Assembly: GCF_006345805.1 (NCBI RefSeq) | Contig: NC_043003.1 | Location: forward strand, 61,814,001-61,878,000 | Direction: 5' to 3' | Length of the DNA: 64,000 bases | Source: Octopus sinensis | Taxonomy: Eukaryota | Shown here: positions 36,901 to 50,935 of the stretch, in pieces | Layout: every line of letters starts with the position of its first letter | Numbering within the stretch: position 1 is the first letter of the stretch | Position numbers and translations under genes: made by a program | The notes under the pieces: model-generated | The model's input: the letters and a program-made list of their open reading frames with translations, nothing else | What the model was told of the DNA's origin: nothing | The model's database searches: none

Positions 36901-37089
36901 TAGAAAAGTATAGCTTTTTAAGATAAGATTTTGATGACACCTTTAACCTATGACTTTAAATTATTTGCTTCTTGGTTGCCAACTATTAATAGTTAATGAC
37001 ATTTTTTGATCGAGCTTATCCTCCATTTTCAGTTGCATCACTTTCCTATTCTCTACAACACTTCCCCTACATTTTTTATTGTTTTTTTT

Positions 37090-37520
37090 TTCTTGTTGGA
37101 AAAGGTAGCCACTGCAAGCCTGTTGATGTTATTGAGGTTGACATCATTAATGTTCCTCGTGAAGAATTACAAGGGAATGGCTGTAGGAATGCATAGGAAG
37201 GGAGCAAATTCCAGAGGGGGAAGAAAGGAATAAATGTAAGGGTTTGGTGTGATGGAGAACATAACAAGTGAGAGGATGAGGGGAGGTGAGTGAGTGGAGG
37301 TAGTATAAGACTAGCAAAGGGCAGAAGTCACTATGTAATAGCAGTAAAAAAAGACAGTGAGGAGACAGCACAATCTGTGGGTCAAAGGTTGGAGTATGTT
37401 GGTGAGGGGACTCATGCCAATCAGTCTGAAGTGGGTATAGGGCTTTCTTTGGATGCAGTCTAAGAGGTCTTTACATGTAGCAATAGTGTTGTCCCAAGTG
37501 TGAGAACAGTACTCAGAGTA
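37090..37520 (-). mobile_element. L2-group LINE ORF2 C-terminal remnant
   Basis: YCSHTW...LDCIQRK...LIG...LQPLTHR...FYCYY resembles the L2/Crack C-terminus. Confidence 0.6.
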
Positions 37521-38439
37521 CTACTTTAACCATTAAGTAAAATAAGCATTTGCTTTAGGGCACCAAGGGAAAAGGAACACTACAGAAATGGTAAATGGTG
37601 TATGGTACAAATGAAATCACATTAAAATTGCTAAAATGATATTCAAAGTGGTTTATATGATTGGAAATATAATTTTGAAGTGTTCATGGTGTCATAGTGA
37701 GGATCTGGTCAAAGAATTTGCAATTAAAAAATGCTGGAGTAAACTTTTCATATATAAATAAAGTGGAAGTATACAAAAATAAACATTATTTTCCATCTTA
37801 CTGAAAGTTTTGTTTCATTTTGAAATGGCAGAAATAGCAGCCAAATATTCCTAAAATTACACCCTTTTATCTAAGAAGAGGGATTCGAACTAAGAGCGCA
37901 AAGAGCCAGGACATACAGTGCAAAGTATTCTCTCCATTACTCCAAAAATTTTGTGACTTCATCACCTATTTGCAAATTTGAATAATTACTGATGTCATTA
38001 GTAGAAAAGTTATAATTTATTTTCTTTCTCCTTCAGCTAACTTACTAATTAAAAAATAATTAAGTATCTATCTGAAAGCCGGCATTCATGAATGCAATTT
38101 GTCAAGCTTTTTAAAAACTGACAACTTAAAAACAAAAAATATTCGATTTCAAATATTTTAATTTTACACTTTTCTTTTTAAATGTTGTTTTTTAGCCCTA
38201 AGTCAGCCCTTATCAAGCAGACTTATGATCAAAGTCATTCCAAATGCAACTATCTCTCCTTTCTTTAGGGATGTGTAAAAATACGTCTAATGTGGTCCTT
38301 TATTTAAGATGTTAGTGTGTGATTTGAGGGATCTTCAGCTGCTCTTTTAAGCAGATTACTGTTTTCTCTTAGCTTGACTCTGACAAAATTGACCTACAAT
38401 AAAAAGAATACCAGCCTTGACTTTTTCTTTTCTTTAATT

Positions 38440-38760
38440 TGTTTCAGACATTGGACTGTGGCCTTGCTGGGGCACCACCTCAAAGAGCTTAATTGAACAA
38501 ATCAACACCACTATTTATTTTTAAGTCTGGTACTGTTTTGCCAAAATGCTAAGTTATGGGGATGTAAACAAACCAACACCAGTCATCAAGCAATAATGGA
38601 GGACAAACACAAAATATGGTTAAGAAGTTTACTTTGCAACCACATGGTTTTAGGTTCAGTCCCAATATACAATGCCTTGGGTAAGTGTCTTCTGCTATAC
38701 TCTAAGGCCAACCAATCTTTTGTCAGCAATTTGGTTGGCAGAAATTGCATGAAATACCTT
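38440..38760. mobile_element. Adjacent SINE fragments in both orientations
   Basis: Reverse SINE segment (cattggactgtggcc..gctggggcacc...ggaggacaaacac), followed by a plus-strand head (ggttaagaagtttactttgcaaccacatgg). Confidence 0.7.
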
Positions 38761-38969
38761 CAAACCAGTTTCATCCTGTCTCCACCTCATAACACTTCGA
38801 ACTTTATTTTATCTCCCTGTTTATTTCTGTGTTCCTTTCTGTCGAAGAGCGTAGGCTTGAAACATAAAGGACTTTCTCACTTCCCGAGCGTTAGACTAAT
38901 ACATCTGCTTGTTGTTTACACACCTGTCTTCATGTTTTGCTTTTTGTAAATTCTCACTATATATATATA

Positions 38970-39126
38970 CTTTATTTAAAAGCAGCAGAAATATAACAAA
39001 AGCTGTTACTCAGAGTTTCACGTTCCCGTTTGTCAGACAGTTTTGTTAAACAAAACTGTCTGACGAATGGAAACATGAAACTCTGAGTAACAGCTTTTGT
39101 TATATTTCTGCTGCTTTTAAATAAAG
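38970..39126. repeat. 157-bp near-perfect palindrome (78-bp arms, 4 mismatches, 1-nt centre)
   Basis: Direct comparison of 38970-39047 with 39049-39126. Confidence 0.95.
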
Positions 39127-39210
39127 CATATTACTCTACCTTTGGTATATGAGTACTCTTTTTTCCACCTTGTTTCGCTCTGGCATATATATATATATAT
39201 ATATGTATAA

Positions 39211-40614
<1,404 letters not shown>

Positions 40615-41864
40615 TACGTATACATATATTTATGTATGAATATGTATGTATGCATGTCTGTATGCTTGCATGTATGTATGTATGATTTTTCTTTGAGTTT
40701 TATTTTGTGTTCTTCTTGAGAGAATTCAAACAACAAGACATTTGGGGTTACGAGAAATGTCTATTTATGTATGTACATGTGCATGCGTATGTCTATATAT
40801 CTTTGCAGTTGTGTTTGTCCCCTCCACTGCTTGACAACTCGTATTGGCTTGTTTACATCCTCGTAACTTAGTGGTTTAGCAAAAGAGACCAATGGAATAA
40901 GTACCAGACTTAAAAAGATATGTACTAGGGTCAATTCCTCCAACTAAACCCTTTAAGACCGTGATCCAACTTGACCACAGTTGAGGTCTATAAAATAAAG
41001 CACCATTCAAGTGCTGGGGTCAATGTAATTGACTAACTTTCCCTCTGGCAGCAGCAGCGGTGGCAGTGACAGCAGTGGTGGTAATGTTGATGGCGGCAGT
41101 GGCTGCAGCAGAGGTGGTTAATAAATAAAGAAATACAAATAACATCATTAAATTCTGGCCCTAAAAGTTGATGGTAATCTGTTAGTTATAGATAGTAAAG
41201 AATTTATCAACAGCAAATGAAATAATAAAATATGTTAACAATACAAATTAAATTTGAAAACAAACCAAAAATAGTGGTGACTACCACAGTGTTTCTGATA
41301 TGGATGTCTGTTGTTGAGTGGGGTGTGGATAACTTGTCATGCTTAATGAAACAAAGATGGTTTTCAAGAATGAAAAATTATATTTAATCAAGACATGTAT
41401 ACAACATTGTGGGTGAACAAATTGAACTTAGGATATAAACTCAGAGCAGAAAAGTGAACATTGAGCAATTAGAAGAAAACTGTAAACAGAGAAATCAATC
41501 TCTGTTGTCAATCTAAAACTCAATAACTATTTTGTTCCTGCTTTTCATTCATGGCTTTTCGTTTTTGGATTTGGTTTGCAAGATTCTTTATGTGAGTTCG
41601 TGTGTTGAAGCATAATCTGTTGTGTCTGGGAGAGTCATTTTCTTTTTGTGCCTCAATAGTCTTGGGTCAAGACTATAGAAAGTTGCAAGACGCAACGAAC
41701 ATTTTAGGAAAATAAAAATAAGAAATAAGTGGAAGTTTTACCAGTGAGTGTGTTAAATTATAACGCACAAAAAGAAAATGACTCTCCCCAGATACAACAG
41801 AATTTATGGCTTTATTAAAATGTAGAACTCACTTGCTGAATGTGATCTGCAGCTTTGTCTACAA

Positions 41865-42117
41865 CAGTGGTACCATTTTCTACCTATGAACCCCTTTGGT
41901 TCCTATTTTAGTCTACTGTACCCTATAACCATTTAATGTTTTGAAAAAAATCCTATTGTATTTTTATAATTAAATATTAAAAAGAAATATATTTTGAAAT
42001 ATTGCTAAAATATTTTATGCATTGTAGAAATATAACCAATTCATTTTATGTAAACTTTAGCCACAAAAATCTTATATGGTCCCCCAAGGGTTATTGAACC
42101 TTGGCTGGGAACCACTG
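41865..42117. mobile_element. hAT-like MITE (decayed)
   Basis: cagtggt... left end and ...gggaaccactg right end. No intact 8-bp TSD. Confidence 0.5.
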
Positions 42118-44699
42118 CACTATAGCTTTGTCATCAGTTTTGGCAGTTCCTAAGTCTTGAGTGACAAAGCAGAACTGAACCCATATGCAAAATGCCGAAT
42201 TAAATGAAATGAGGACACAATTTTGAGCAATTAGATGAAAACTGTAAACAGTGAAATCAATCTCTGTTGTCAATCTCAATAGCTCAATAACTTAAAAGAT
42301 ATCTTTTAAGGGTTAAATCTACAAATGTAGATCAAGTTCTTAGTGTGCTTAATAGACAAGACTTATTTTTAAAAGCTAAAAGTTTTATCCTGTAAAGCAG
42401 TTTCAATGAAATGTACTTTCTCTTTCTGTCACGCCTTCTGAAATACCATCTTGCACCCCAGTCTTATGAACTTAGAATCTCTTTCACATTATATTTTCAG
42501 TAGGTCATGAAGGCAGATGTTGAAAGAAACACTTATTCGAATATTTCAACAACACATATAAAAGTGAATAATATTTAAATCATCTAAATAAGCACATTGC
42601 TATTTAAGACATGTAAATAAAATATAACACAAATCTATAACACAAATAAAATACATATTATGGAGATATAAGATTGCATATTTTATAAACTGCCAAAACT
42701 TCTATAATTTATTGTCAGAAACAATCTCGATACATAGGTGCTTCTTATTCAATAATCTCCAACCAAGAATATCTTTGATTACTTATTCAAGTTGTTGTTT
42801 AGGTTTATTCAAGTTAAATTTATCTATTGCAGACTTTCTATCTATTGTATCTGAAATCGATGTTTATAAGAATATTTCCAAAGACTTATCAAAAACTGAT
42901 CCTGGCAAAATATGTTACTTATCTAAATATACAGCCATCATCTATTTTTGTAGCTTTCCTTTGCCTGTGAAATAAACCTTTGTTATCTTTAAGCTTAAAA
43001 TATTGTTAAGCTGTGCAGTATATATATATATACTTTGGCTTAATTCACTACCAAGGTCAGACTTGTATTTCCCTCTGCGATGCAATATGTTTCATGCAAG
43101 AGAGAATAACGGTGTTTACAGAGATTTAACCCATTACACCAGCTTATTGAGGAAGAGCTAGTTAATACTGGCTTAGGAGATATTAACTTACTGTGTGTAC
43201 ATAAGACGTTATTCAAAGAAATAAAATAAACATGTTTTTCCTTAAAATCTTACATGCTAATATTAAATAGCTGGTGTACAAAAATACAAACTTCTTTCAT
43301 TGCTTCTTGCTTATTTAAGAACATTCATAGACATCCACAGCTATTTGGGTGGTAGTAATTAAAAGCTGATTTCATAGTTTATAATTACGCTAAAAAACTT
43401 TAATTTTGAAATGGAAAAGTGAAGAAAATTATTAAAAAATCAGCTATTACTAAATTACTTTATATAAAAGGTTTCTCTTATTACAAAATCGCAGGAAGAC
43501 ATTAATCAAGTTTATTATTTAATTATGTACTAAAACATAATTCTCTAATAAGTAACTGATTGTATGTAACTAACTTGAGTTTATTGATAAAGACAAATTA
43601 ATTTTCTTTATTCTTATACTAGAAAATTTGTAATTGAGATATCTGAAATGTTTAATCACTCATCAAGTAGTCCTTGGTGTTGCATTAAAATAGAAACCTA
43701 TTATGTGCTAAGGAAAATTACTTAAATCTGGTAATTTATGTTGGCAAGTTGCTGCTAGCAGTTAATCATTCATTCTTAGTGAAGGGAATTATTCTTGTAA
43801 GTATTGTAAAACATGAAAAACTAATAGAATAAAAGAAAAATAAGAAATAATCTTTATAATAAAATAATCTTGAAGACAATATAAGAACTTTTTTTGTTGT
43901 TTATTTTTATATAATGAGCATCTTTTCAAATATGTTGTAAGCATAATTTGTTGTCTTATCAATAGACTGAAGTAACACAATCAGTCACTCATTAGGGAAT
44001 TATGTTTTAGTACATAATTAAGTAATTAAAAGTATTACATAATATTGTCTTTTCTTACATTATTTAATACCCCAGAAATCACATTTTCTATTCTATAATA
44101 ATATAACTACACTGTAATTTAAATCTATTTATCTATAAGACTTATTCAGTTTAAAGTATTATGAATGTTCAGTTTCTTTTCTTTCTATACTTAATATGCT
44201 ATCTTGTAAAATACTAGCTTTAGTTTGTACACTGATCATAAATCAAGAAAATATCATTTTAGATTTTGCATTTGGTTTGCAAGATTCTAATTCCTGATGT
44301 GTGAATTCATATGTTGAAGTATATCGTGTTTTATCTTAGATGGGTCATTATGCCAATAATAAATACATGCACTGGTTCTATTTTACTTCTTTATTTTTTG
44401 ATTTGTTAATTGGTCAAACATTTAGCTTATTAACTAATTGATTGTCTGTTTAATTGTTTGATCAATCAACCTGCTAGGTTTTTATAACTCTTCCCTTGGC
44501 ATTTGCAATCTTGTCAGTGACATGCCCTCTCTGCTCCAGGTCTGCTTCAAGATTTTACAATAGTAAAGCATCAGACAAATGGTTTGAGGTATCTAGTTGT
44601 AGTTTTCCACTTTATGAGTACATGTCCCACTAAGGATATCTTTGTCTTTCATTGTTCTGAGAATGATAAAACAAAGTCAACTACTGGAGTTAATTTAAT

Positions 44700-45525
44700 C
44701 ACCTATACCCCCATGCTGGTTCCACACATCTGCTAGTGCCACTCTCAATCTTGCACCATGCTGGTGCCATGTATAAAGCACCCATTCTAGTACCACATAC
44801 AAGGCACTCGTGATCAGGTCACATATAAAGCATCTGTGCTGGTGTCACTTGAAAAGCACCCATGTTGGTGCCACATAAAAATCATGCATGCTGGTGCCAC
44901 ATAGAAAAGCATCCATGCTGGTGTCACATAAAAAGCAACCATACTGGTGCCATGTATAAAGCACTCATTCTGGTGCCTCATATAAAGCACTCATGCTGGT
45001 GTCACATATAAAGCATTTGTGCTGGTTCCACATAAAAACCACCCATGCTGGTGCCACATAAAAAGCAACCATGCTGGTACCATGTATAAAGCATCTGTTC
45101 TGGTGCCACATATAAGGCATTCATGCTGGTGTCACATATAAAGAATCTGTGCTGATGCCATACAAAAAGCACCCTTGTTGGTGCCATGCAAAATTCCTGC
45201 ATGCTGATGCCACATAAAAAGTTCCCATGCTGTAGTCACAAAAAAAAAGGCACTCATGCTGGTACCATGTATAAAGCACCCACGCTGGTGCCACATATGA
45301 AGCACGCATGTTGATATCATTGCTACTTGAAAAATATCCAGTACACTCTGTAAAGTGGTTGGTGTTAGGAAGGACATCCAACTGTAGAAACCATGCTGAA
45401 ACAGATAATTGGAGCCTTGTGCAGCTCCCCAGCTTGCCAGTTCCTGTCAAACTGTCCAACCCATACCAGCATGGAAAATGGCCAATAAATGATTTAAGGG
45501 GGGTGGGTGATGATGATGAACTTCT
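44700..45525 (+). mobile_element. RTE-related 3' end with an expanded array of about 22 degenerate ~26-bp units
   Basis: Repeated aaagcacccatgctggtgccacata-like units at 44710-45310, then the standard tail. Confidence 0.82.
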
Positions 45526-46149
45526 AGAATTTTTGGCCTGGTCCAAATGTTATAAATCAATTTGATTATAAGGCATGATTTTAATTTAGCTGAATATCTT
45601 TTCTAGAGTCAACACCACTGAAACAATTATTTTCTTTGAAACACTGTTGGTCATCGTTGTTTCATTATTGTGAATGTCCACTTGTCCATACTTGCATGGC
45701 TCAGATGGAATTAGTTGAGGCAGATTTTCTACAGCCAGACACCCACCCTGTCTCTAATATTCACCTGATTCCTAGCAAAGTAACATTTCCCATGCTCATA
45801 GCCAAGCATATTTCCCATGTTCATAACCATGCTCATTCACACCCATCATGTGATATCAAGACAAGGGTACATATCCATGATACATATTGATAGATAGACA
45901 GGTAGATAAATGGATAGATAGATAGATAGGTAGATAGATAGATAGAGAGATAGACAGACAGAGTCACATAGAGAGATTGGTAGAGAGAGAGATAGATGGA
46001 CAGACAGATAGATACATAGATATAGATACGTGTGTGTGTGTATGTGTATATATAGCTATGTTATATTCAGTTAGGAACATGGTAGAGTACAGTATAAAGC
46101 TTGTCCAACTTCAGAATTATCTAGTACTATCAGTAGAATTATATATTTC

Positions 46150-46600
46150 CAAATTTAAGTTTGGGCATTCATCGTGAGTGAATGTAAAATTGAAGATGGC
46201 TTTGAAGTCGATTTTAAACTAATGGAGACAACACTTGTATATCGCCTGAGGAAACACTAGTAGATCTCATTATGCAAACAAACAGCTGCATAATCAAATA
46301 CCTGTATTTTTGGAGAAATATATTGTGCCAAAACAATTATAGCGAGTAATTAATAAATGTCCACCCATACTCTTTCTTCTTGACTCCAGTTTCTTCAATT
46401 ACATATATATATATATCAAAATAAGCAACAGGATATCAAGAAGTGAGGCGGTAAAACTGTTTGAAACAGTCATACTGCGTCTCTTCTTGATATCCTGTTG
46501 CTTATTTTGATTTTATTCACCTTACTTTAAGCTGTGTGGATAATACCAGACTAATTTGGTGCTTCAACTTAAGTACCTAATTCAACTGAATCTCAATTAT
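46150..46600 (+). mobile_element. Penelope-like tail remnants with a 29-bp hairpin
   Basis: 46487-46595 is paralogous to the PLE tail at 10660-10760. Inverted copy of its start at 46415-46443. Confidence 0.5.
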
Positions 46601-46609
46601 TTCTTATAT

Positions 46610-46639
<30 letters not shown>

Positions 46640-46641
<2 letters not shown>

Positions 46642-49350
46642 CATCATCATCATCATCATCATCATTTAACGTCCGCTTTCCATGCTAGCATGGGTTGGAC
46701 GGTTCAACTGGGGTCTGGGGAGCCCGAAAGCTGCACCAGTCCAGTCAGATCTGGCAGTGTTTCTACAGCTGGATGCCCTTCCTAACGCCAACCACTCCGA
46801 GAGTGTAGTGGGTGATTTTATGTGCCACCGACACAGGTGCCAGACGAGGCTGGCAAACGGCCATGCTCGGATGGTGTTTTTATGTGCCACCGACACAGGT
46901 GCCAGACGAGGCTGGCAGACGGCCACGCTCGGATGGTGTTTTTATGTGCCACCGACACAGGTGCCAGACGAGGCTGGCAGACGGCCACGCTCGGATGGTG
47001 TTTTTATGTGCCACCGACACAGGTGCCAGACGAGGCTGGCAGACGGCCACGCTCGGATGGTGTTTTTATGTGCCACCGACACAGGTGCCAGATGAGGCTG
47101 GCAAACGGCCATGATCGGATGGTGCTTGTTACGTGCCCACAGCACGGAGGCCAGTCGATTCGGTACTGGCTACGGCCACGTTCGGATGGTTTTCTTATGT
47201 CCCACGGGCACTGGTACCACAAAGATACAAATTCCATTGATGTTCATCTATTTTGATTTGTTTTGATTTTCACTTGTCTCAACAGGTCTTCACAAGTGTC
47301 ACAAGAAGGAAGGTATGCACAGGTGGACTGACTACGTCCCAGGTAGGGGCCATGGGTTATGGCCTGACTAGTCTTGCCGGGTCTTCGGATGGTGTTTTTA
47401 TGTGCCACCGACACAGGTGCTAGATGAGGCTGGCGAACGGCCACGATCGGATGGTGTTTGTCATGTGCCCACCGCACTGACTACGGCACTGATGGATTTC
47501 TTGTGTGCCACAGGCACTGGTACCACAAGATACAAATTCCATTGATGTTCATCTATTTTGTCTATTTTGATTTGATTTGATTTTCACTTGCCTCAACCGG
47601 TCTTCACAAGTGTCACAAGAAGGAAGGTATGCACAGGTGGACTGACTAGTCTTGCCGGGTCTTCGGAAGGTGTTTTTATGTGCCACCGACACAGGTGCCA
47701 GATGAGGCTGGCGAACGGCCATGATCGGATGGTGTTTGTTACGTGCCCACAGCACGGAGGCCGGTCGATGCGGAACTGGCTACGGCCACGTTCGGATGGT
47801 TCTCTTGTGTGCCACCGGCACTGGTACCACAAAGTGTGTGCCACCGGCACTGGTACCACAAAGATACAGATTCGATTGATGTTCATCTATTTTGATTTGT
47901 TTTGATTTGATTTTCACTTGCCTCAACAGGTCTTCACAGTGTCACAAGAAGGAAGGTATGCACAGGTGGACTGACTACGTCCCAGGTAGGGGCCATGGGT
48001 TATGGCCTGACTAGTCTTGCGGGTCTTCGGATGGTGTTTTTATGTGCCACCGACACAGGTGCTAGATGAGGCTGGCGAACGGCCACGATCGGATGGTGTT
48101 TGTCATGTGCCCACAGCACGGAGGCCAGTCGATGCGGTACTGGCTACGGCCACTTTCGGATGGTTTTCTCTTGTGTGCCACCGGCACTGGTACCACAAAG
48201 ATACAAATTCCATTGATGTTCATCTATTTTGATTTGTTTTGATTTGATTTGATTTTCACTTGCCTCAACAGGCCTTCACAAGTATCACAAGGAGGAAGGT
48301 ATGCACAGGTGGACTGACTACGTCCCAGGTAGGGGCCATGGTTTATGGCCTGACTAGTCTTGCCGGGTCTTCGGAAGGTGTTTTTATGTGCCACCGACAC
48401 AGGTGCTAGATGAGGCTGGCGAACGGCCACGACCGGATGGTGTTTGTTATGTGCCCACAGCACGATGGCCAGTGATGCGGTACTGACTACGGCCATGTTC
48501 GGATGGATTCTTGTGTGCCACCGGCACTGGTACCACAAGCGGTACTGACTACGGCCACGTTCGGATGGATTCTTGTGTGCCACCGGCACTGGTACCACAA
48601 GGATACAAATTCCATTGATGTTCATCTATTTTGATTTGTTTTGATTTGATTTGATTTTCACTTGCCTCAGCAGGTCTTCACAAGTGTCACAAGAAGGAAG
48701 GTATGTACAGGTGGACTGACTACGTCCCAGGTAGGGCCCACGGGTTATGACCTGACTAGTCTTGCCGGGTCTTCGGATGGTGTTTTTATGTGCCACCATG
48801 TTCCCACAGCACGGAGGCCAGTCGATGCGGTACTGGCTACGGCCGCGTTCGGATGGTTTTCTTGTGTGCCACAGGCACTGGTACCACAAAGATACAAATT
48901 CCATTGATGTTCATCTATTTTGATTGATTTATTTTGATTGATTTTCACTTGCCTCAGCAGGTCTTCACAAGTGTCACAAGAAGGAAGGTATGCACAGGTG
49001 GATCGACTACGTCCCAGGTAGGGGCCACGGGATATGGCCTGACTAGTCCTGCCGGGTCCTCTCATGCACAGCACACTTCCATAGGGCTCGGTCTTCAGTC
49101 ATTTCCTTGGTGAGACCTAAAGTTCGAAGGTCGTGCTTCACCACCTCGTCCCAGGTTTTCCTGGGTCTACCTCTTCCACAGGTTCCCTCAACTGCTAGGG
49201 TGTAGCACTTTTGCACACAACTATCTTCAGCCATTCTCGTCACATGACCATACCAGCGCAGCCGTCTCTCTTGCACACCACAACTGACACTTCTTAGGTT
49301 CAACTTTTCTCTCAAAGTACTTACACTCTGACGGGCAAGATTGCTAGGTA
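46640..49350 (-). mobile_element. 5'-truncated RTE LINE: ORF2 C-terminus plus ~2.4-kb tandemly expanded 3' UTR
   Basis: LREKLNLRSVSCGVQERRLRWYGHVTRM...GRGRPRKTWDEVVKHDL (49043-49345). 62-bp units x5 at about 46811-47120, six larger units, and an (ATC)n tail at 46640. Confidence 0.93.
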
Positions 49351-49569
49351 GTCGGCCGTATGCTAGAAATAGATCATCAACGATCAAACTACAAAGAAAG
49401 TTCTCTAGAGGAAGAATTCAGCGAACACCAGAACCAAACTTGGTGGGCAGGACAGATGAAAATTTATATAAAAAACAATTAAAATTAATATTAATTTATC
49501 TCCCTCATTATTTATATATATATTATATATATATATATTATATATATATATATATTATATATATACACA

Positions 49570-50120
49570 ATGGGGTCCTTTCAGATGCTGTTGACAGAAT
49601 CCACTCGTAAGGCTTTGATTGGCCTGTGGGGATATAGTATAAGATACTTGCCTAAAGTGGTACACCATGGGACTGAACCCAAGACCAGATGGTTGGGAAG
49701 CAAGCTTCTTTACCATGCAGCCACAAAATCTGTTTTACCTTTCTAATCTACTACTCTCGCTAATATCTTTTCCTCAAAGTATAAATATTTATAATTGGAT
49801 TTCTAGTGATCACTACATTAAATTCACAGTATCACAGTATGAACCAGGCTATCAGATGTTGCTACACATCGCTGGTCACTATGCAATTTGCATTGTTTAA
49901 GCTTTTGAATGTCGCCATCCCACTGACTTGGTGAGTAAGCCAACATTCCCTTGACCAGAAGACTAATCCATCACAAGATTACCCATTTTAGGCGAGTATA
50001 CTGGAGCGACATGAAATAAAGTGTCCTACTCAAGAACACAACATGCAACCAGTCTGTGAATTGAAACTATGATCTCACAATCAAAAGAGCAACACCCTTA
50101 ACCACTAGACCACTCATCTT
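49570..50120 (-). mobile_element. tRNA-SINE head (49570-49720) and CORE-type SINE (49830-50120)
   Basis: Reverse complements of the SINE families at 54066 and 20783/59150. Confidence 0.7.
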
Positions 50121-50451
50121 CACACATTAAATTATTAATGTTAAATTAAAGGCAGTGAGCAGGCAGAATTGCTACCTCACTGGACAAAATGCTTAGCAGC
50201 ATTTCTTTTGGTTTTAATTTTTGAGTACAGTGATGGCAGGGGTCATCTATGCCATTCATCTTTTCAGGATCAATAAAATAAGTACCTGTTTAGCACTGGA
50301 GTTCTGAAATTGCTGGCCTTGAGCAAAAATTTGAAACCAATGTTAAATTAACCATTGTTTTTCATGCAGAGGGAGTCTCTTAGTAATTAAGTTCAGTGAT
50401 TAATTTCTATAAAATATACTAATGTTTCACGTTTTCTTTTGTGTATTCTAG

Positions 50452-50554
50452 CTTTTGGAATCAGTATGATAAATGTATCCTTGCACCTTATAAGATGAGA
50501 CAACTAAAAGAGTTGATAGCAAGAAGAACATCCATCTGTACAATAGAACCTTAA
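50452..50554 (+). CDS. Candidate terminal coding exon (xFWNQYDKCILAPYKMRQLKELIARRTSICTIEP*)
   Basis: Branch-like actaat, polypyrimidine tract gttttcttttgtgtattctag and a protein-like open frame to TAA. No upstream partner exon identified. Confidence 0.4.
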
Positions 50555-50704
50555 AAGTCCCTTCCAATACATTTAAGCATGGCAAGTGGGTGTTATAGAT
50601 GAAGAAAGGGTAAGAAACTCTCAAGAGAGCTGAAAAGTAGAAGGGAAGAAACCTGCCTTAGGCAAGTGTTTCGGCGCTTAATACATGTAAGCATGGAAAA
50701 GTGG

Positions 50705-50935
50705 ATGCATGAATGATGAAAATGATGAAGGTGGTGATGGTGGTGGTGGTGGTGGGGATGGTAGTAGTACGCTGCGGTGGTAGTAGTGGTGTTGATGGTG
50801 GTGGTGGTGATGAGGATGGTAGTTGTGGTGGTGGCAGTGGTGTTGGTCTTGTTGTTGGTGGTATTGGTGGTGGTGATAATGATGATGCCACCGTCGCCAA
50901 TGATGATGATGATGATGATGATGGCAATGCTGACA
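50705..50935. repeat. Mixed (GAT)/(GGT)/(GTT) trinucleotide repeat
   Basis: Direct reading. Explains the poly-H/P/G ORFs. Confidence 0.9.

Noticed and set aside
41831-41881. Minus-strand exon-like VENGTTVVDKAADHIQQ with a gtgagt donor
   Set aside because: Its acceptor half lies within the hAT-like MITE.
42700-42990. Decayed protein-like frame on the minus strand
   Set aside because: Multiple stops and no recognisable domain.
46246-46292. CTGAGGA...AAACAGCTGC hammerhead-like motif
   Set aside because: It lacks GAAA and has no stem II, so it is at most a dead relic.
46811-49040. Repeat arrays superficially like CRISPR (also 44.7-45.3 kb and 34.4 kb)
   Set aside because: There are no unique spacers and no cas genes, the context is eukaryotic, and the units are contiguous tandem copies.
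46666-49074. Many 70-145 aa ORFs with repeated MCHRHRCQ/VPPTQVPDEAG peptides
   Set aside because: They are artefacts of the tandem RTE 3' UTR, open in several frames on both strands.
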